In this document: positions 63,720 through 64,000 of the stretch, piece after piece
Position numbering within the stretch: the first letter of the stretch is position 1
Layout: every line of letters starts with the position of its first letter
Source of the DNA: Asterias rubens
Lineage: Eukaryota
Reading direction: 5' to 3'
Length of the DNA stretch: 64,000 nucleotides
Assembly (NCBI RefSeq): GCF_902459465.1
Contig: NC_047068.1
Span: forward strand, 12,648,001 to 12,712,000
The notes under the pieces: generated by a model
Seen by the model: the letters and a program-made list of their open reading frames with translations, nothing else
The model's database searches: none
Told to the model about the DNA's origin: nothing
Position numbers and translations under genes: made by a program

Positions 63720-64000
63720 ATAAATACATCCCCTAGCCAAGGACGAACCCAAATGGAGAAAACCCAAACAAAAGTAACGGATTTGGATCAGGGGCTGAAC
63801 AAGTATTAACCACTATTACCCGCAGGTATTCAACCCCACACATAACAAAAGACAGTGACAGGACGCAACAGACTATACAAAGCGTACAAAAGACTAGACA
63901 CTACATAATGCCCAGAGCGCATGACCAAAATGGTAGAGAAGCACAGCCTGCTTTACAGAGCATAATAACTTTTTAAAAGGTTCTATAAGTACACAAAATT

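Noticed and set aside
1-64000. CRISPR array, rRNA or prophage
   Set aside because: No regularly spaced repeat-spacer array, rRNA-like sequence or phage genes were seen; the repeats are eukaryotic MITEs.

Overview
Eukaryotic, intron-rich, AT-rich genomic DNA. It is most likely an echinoderm, probably a sea star; this is inferred from the ciliary dynein beta chain sequence, the DEATH-NACHT-LRR genes and the MITE families. From left to right the window holds: (1) the first 10 exons of an outer-arm axonemal dynein beta heavy chain (minus strand, continuing off the left edge); (2) a 5'-truncated Penelope-like retroelement nested in a Kolobok-type MITE, with hammerhead-ribozyme motifs; (3) two tandem-duplicated DEATH-NACHT-LRR (NLR) genes; (4) between them, an intact, intronless, gammaproteobacterial-type ispE (CDP-ME kinase of the MEP pathway, which animals lack), surrounded by host repeats and preceded by candidate splice sites; (5) an orphan His-rich two-TM protein gene; (6) an 8-exon CMP-sialic acid synthetase (CMAS)-like gene with an intact frame but a degenerate catalytic motif; (7) the probable first coding exon of a type II membrane protein. 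Non-autonomous DNA transposons (Kolobok-, hAT- and Harbinger-like, palindromic MITEs) are dense throughout. The best leads are the apparently domesticated horizontally acquired ispE inside an NLR cluster and the CMAS pseudo-enzyme. All exon models and alignments were made by eye; no database searches were run.
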